Shown one piece after another: positions 59,501 to 64,000 of a stretch of DNA of 64,000 bases. The notes under the pieces were generated by a model, which worked only from the letters and a program-made list of their open reading frames with translations, was not told the origin of the DNA and searched no databases. This stretch comes from Raillietiella orientalis (taxonomy: Eukaryota), in NCBI GenBank assembly GCA_036172245.1, contig JAYWIR010000118.1:1-64000 (forward strand), written 5' to 3'. Position 1 is the stretch's first letter, and each line of letters opens with the position of its first letter. The position numbers were made by a program, and so were the translations under genes.

Positions 59501-62500
59501 ATCCAAGGATCACCGCTCCCTCCCTCAACTTCATCTTGGCGATCATGTCGCCAGAAAATATATTTCCAGAGAAGTTCTGGAAATCGAGGTCCAGGACTTC
59601 CCCAAACCGCTCCAAGTAATTCCACACCGCTAGTTGCGGTGTGAGGATGAAGATGCCGTTTAAAAAGACGGTTGTGTATGGCATCTCGCCAATACCACAA
59701 ACCATCCGTCCTTGTATATTGATCCCCTTCTGGATCAATCGCTCTCTAATGTTTTCACAGTCTGTAAAGACTGTGAACCCGTTGTTTGATGGAATGATCG
59801 CCTGAATGCGATCAAAGTCTATGTCCGTCTTGTCGAGGGACAAATGGACCTCCCTGATGTTATTAAATTTTATTATCCCGGTCTTGAAGATAATGGGCTC
59901 CACGTTGGGGCCTATTTCGACTATTGGTCGGTCCACTTTTAGAACTTTTCCGCTAAGCGACTTACCAAATTTCCTAGGTGGGTGGACACTCGCCTGTCCA
60001 GCGGCCACCGACGCATAAGAAAAGGGCTGCGACGCCGCAGCCGAACAATATGGCGTCGCTCCCTGTACCGCGTGGACTCCCGCGGGTCCCGCCTATGACG
60101 CCGCCGCCGCGGGCGCAAACCTCGACGTTACCGCCTTTACCGCAGCGGGCGGCACCATCGGCATGCCTGCCGCCACCTCGCCGTTGCCGCACGTTACCTC
60201 CATGGCTTCCATGGGGGACGATGGCCTCACCACTCCTCCAACTCCAGATGTTTGCATCCTAGCAGCTGTTCCGGCTGCTCGGGACGACAACAGGACTTCC
60301 ACCGTAGACTTCTCGGCACTGCTGCTGCTGCTGCTGATGGTCCCCGGTTGCACTCTTTCCACACTGGCGTTCACTCAAACACTTGCCCTCTCAGGGCACT
60401 CAAAAATTGCCTTGACAGTGGTTTTAAACTGTGCCTTGGAGGGGTATTGGGTATAGTTTTAAACTAGCAATAAACACGCCTCCCTTTCGTTCAGCGGCGG
60501 CGATACCGCCCGTGCGCAATGCTCTCGCGATCGCTAAAGGAGTTGCTTAAGCCTGCGTGTAAACAGCACTCCAAGAGGCAGCAAGGAAACGCCTCTTACA
60601 TCCGTGGAAGCAGCGCCATCTCAGGATGGCAAAGATAACTGCGACGCGAAGGAAGACGGCTGGATGCAGGTGAGGACGATCATTAGAAAGAAACCATCAA
60701 GGTCTTCGCAGCTCTGTGTGAAGGTGAGTGGGCAAAAGAAACCCGCGAAACCTTCCCAGAAAAAGATTGCGATTCTTTCCTCCTGCGCAGGCGTGCTCTC
60801 GCGGATGGAGTGGGAAGCTGCTGCTGCGGCAAAAAGAAAGAAAGTCCAAGCCGCAGATGCAGAAAGCGTTAGGAAACAGGCAGCGAACGATTTTTCTAAT
60901 TCCGGGAAACAGCAGCAGCGCCTAGCAAGCCCTAGACTGTCGGATTCTGATCCAGAGTCCGACAGAAAGAGCACACAGCGCGACAACCGCCCGAAACCGC
61001 GCAATCGCCTCCCGAAGACCCGCAAGCGCGTGGTTGCCGAGCAGGAACTGTTGCTGGGGAACAAAGAGTAGGAAAAGGACCACACGTCTGAGCTACCGGC
61101 AACAAGCAGTGCGGCTTCGAATGGAGATTTCCAGTCTCCGAGATCGACCGCTCTGTCTCGTGACCACTCGCCGGACAAGGCGAGAAATCTGTGCTCACCT
61201 CCCCAGCCTTAATGCAGGAAGTCGCCTCTTTTCGTCGATTCAGCGTAGCCTGTTGGAACGTCAATTAACTGCGCAGGGATGGAAAGAGGCGCGACGTGTC
61301 AGACACCCTGCGACATTTCGATTTGGCGGTCCTCCAGGAGATGCATTACATCTCCGATGCGGAGGTTGCCGAAATCGAACAGCGCGCGGGTGGCACCCTG
61401 TACTGGCGAGAAGGTTCTGCACAATCGTGCAAAGTAGGTTTTCTCGTCAACAGTAGTATGGCGGGAGCAGTGCGCAGCGTTCGATTTGACCAGGAAGGGC
61501 GAATGGGCCAACTTGTACTCAAGTGGTCAGATTCAATCGACCTCGTAGTAACGAACGTCTACGCGCCGAGCGGCTTTCATCGGCGTGTCGAAAGAATCAA
61601 GTTTTTCAAACTGCTGAAGAGCCAATGGCTCATAAACTCCGGAGCCAGAGTGGCGCATCTCGTCGCAGAGGAATTCAACGTCCACCTGCTTTCCAACGAG
61701 ACGCGGTCCCTGGCGGAACGGTCGCGGGTGGAAGAGGCATGCGCGTCGGTGCACGCGCGTAAATTGGAAGCCGGCGAGCCTGGACTAGAAAGGTGCGTGG
61801 ATCACCTCTATTTCGATGAACACCTACTCTCGCGAGTGGGAAATAGAGGCAGGGTGCCGTCCACGTTATCGGACCATGATAGGCTGGAGTTCGAGCTACT
61901 CCCGCCGGGCAAGGGACCTGCAAACAATGTTTGGAGGATGCCGGCGGATTGGCTGAGTTATCCGGAAGCGGCGGAGCATCTTCGCCAGTTCCTTCGCGAC
62001 ATTGCCATCCGGGAACTCGCAGACTGGGACCATCTTAAAAGATCGGTTCGCGAATTTTGCGACCGGTTCCCCCTGCACCGGCTTCCACGCGGCTTCTGGG
62101 GAGGCGTGGCCAATAGCAAAGCATTTTTGCAGGCCCGCACCTTCTCGAGACTTGCAGAAGTCCGGCAACTCGCAGAGTTCAAGGCGAGGGCCGAGCGCCA
62201 GTTCTGGCAGTCTGAAGCGGCTATTCTGCTCGACGACCAAGGCCGGCAATGCACGGCTCCTGCCTAAGTGCAGCGAGCACTAAAGCGTCACTTCTCCTTG
62301 CTCTACGCTAATTCGTCGACGGAAAGAGTCCTTTCCGAACTACTTTTGCCGCAAGCTGCACATGGCATCGGCGAGGAGGAACGCGCTCTTCTCGACGAGC
62401 CCTTCACGTTGAAGGAAGTTTCTTCCGCCATCGCAGAACTCAAGAGACAAAAGGCGCCAGGTAAGGACGAACTGCCCGCGGAGTTCTATCAGAGCTTCGC

Positions 62501-62923
62501 GGCGGAACCGGCACCACTGGTGCTTAGAATCTCGACGCTGATGAGGGTGACGGGCGATGTCCCTTCTTCCTTCCGCTCAGCGAGGGTGCTCCTTCCGAAA
62601 GGAGGGGATCTGCGCCAGCTAAAGAACTGGCGTCCGATCACATTAGTGAATACGGACGTCAAGTTGTTTCCGAAGCTGTGGGTCAAGCGCTTAGGGAAAA
62701 TTGCGGAGTACTTGGTAAGCCCGGAGCAGTCTTACACTTTACCGAATAGATCCATGAATGCGAACCTTCTTTTCGCGCGCACATGGTGGTAGCATCAAGA
62801 GCGCGTTGCGGCGGATAGCCGAACAGCGGCAAGACCTTCTGCTGACTGCGTGCGCCAGTGCGGACGGACGAAAGAAAGGCCAAGAGCCTTAGCACTAGCA
62901 GAAAATTTGCACAAAGCATTCGA
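53543..62923 (+). mobile_element. Retrotransposon K (type A-related): 5' end, ORF1 split by J, and ORF2 up to KAFD
   Basis: ACGGACGTG at 53551, knuckles at 54296-54392, TAATG at 61210, APE and RT N-terminus, HKAF(D) at 62910-62923. Confidence 0.88.
54960..60521 (-). mobile_element. Retrotransposon J: full-length (5562 bp) divergent L1/Tx1-type element with perfect 16-bp TSD
   Basis: CTCTCGCGATCGCTAA at 54944-54959 and 60522-60537. ORF1 with three CCHC knuckles (59151-60008). ORF2 SWNANG, LQET, GDLN, SDH, KAFD, QGDSLS, YADD and CAAC..H...C, with several frameshifts. Confidence 0.93.
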
Positions 62924-64000
62924 TTTTCACCCTGATTTCGCCGGGACGTTTATTGTAAAATAAACATTTACAAAGACGTGCGGTGGCTGGACCATTGCTC
63001 CAGCCACGCACGGAGAAACACAGAGCCTGCTGGGTCACCGGTTCGCAGACCGGTACGGTGAACCACGGCAGCAGGGGGGAGGGGGAAAAACTAAAACCAA
63101 AGCAAAAAAGAAAAGAAAAGTTGGGAGGATAAGGCAAGGGATCACCGTTGCTGGTGGGGCCGTTGCATCCTTTGCAGGATGCCGGCAAGCTCCTTCTGTA
63201 TCCCTGGATCCAGATGGGGCCATCAAGACGCCCTCCTCAGGAACTAGGAGGCTAACTGGATGGCACCCTGGTCGCGTTGACCTCCCGTAGCCTTGCTCCA
63301 AGCGGTGACGATCCAGCGTAGGCAGCACAAAGCTGATAACGAGGCCGCTGGCTGAAGGGCGTCGGCAACAAAGAGGGCTTTCAGTGCGTCCCTGGGGTTG
63401 CCGCAGGGGTTTCAAATGGCCGCGGCAAAGCGAAACCAAAGGGGCCGAAGGGCAACACAATCCACTAGCAGGAGGGGGAGGGAATCCCGTTCCCCACACC
63501 TGACGCAATTGGGGTCCACCGCTCCCCAGGTCCAGTGGTGACGGCACGCGTTGCAGGGGAGTCCCCAGTGCTGCAACAGGAGATCCGACTCATGCCATTT
63601 TAAGGGAATGGTGGAGGTGTTCATGAGCACCGGGGGCCACTTCAGACGTTCAATGGGAACGTCGAGCAGCGTGTTCCAGCGCAGAAGTCCATTGGGAGGC
63701 GTACTCGGGGTCGCAGCGTCTGTTAACTGGCCCGTCTTCCACTCTCCTATCTTCTTCTCCTTTCCGGAGATTGTTACTGTAACCAACCACTTCGCCGCAA
63801 CATCACTGTTCAGATCTTCCATAAGGGAGGGCAGCGCAGCAGCAAGGGGGGTTCTTCCTGCCCACGCCCTCTTCTTTGGATCCTCCAGGATATCGCGGAG
63901 CGTGCAACTTCTGTAACCCTTAAACAGAAACCTTCGTTCCTGTTGGGAGGGTTGCATGCCGAACTGTCCTTACGTTCGAACGGTTTCCTGCAACCAGAAA
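62924..64000 (-). mobile_element. Retrotransposon O (type E): ORF2 tail and 3' end, runs off the right edge
   Basis: Similar to G and M; zinc-finger region; terminal hairpin ending GGGTG-AAAA at 62924. Confidence 0.92.

Overview
Eukaryotic (probably invertebrate; host introns about 47-51 bp) DNA dominated by two nested clusters (about 1-23.5 kb and 36-64 kb) of L1/Tx1-type non-LTR retrotransposons (ORF1 with CCHC knuckles; ORF2 with APE endonuclease, RT and C-terminal zinc finger). My informal family labels: type A (copies A 14245-20145, B, D, K, L), type E (G, E2, M, O; H related), type C (C, C1, C2), type F (F, N) and an unrelated element J. Main discovery: the elements reuse specific sites inside each other. 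All five type-E 3' ends sit antisense at the same nucleotide of the RT KAFD motif of type-A elements. Two sites carry head-to-tail tandem insertions separated only by a TSD, and an antisense site at the endonuclease AGGRL motif recurs. This suggests a network of retrotransposons that target other retrotransposons, possibly cyclic (E into A, A into C, C/F into E). The families share a 5' GCGGACGTG motif, a TAATG ORF1/ORF2 stop-start (TAACA in type C), and a structured 3' end with no poly(A): a covarying CTGCGW-loop hairpin, AATAAA, a terminal hairpin, then exactly 4 nt. Host DNA between the clusters includes an intact 6-exon aldo-keto reductase gene with a GA-AG intron, a probable PHM pseudogene and a duplicated small orphan gene. 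All alignments were done by eye.
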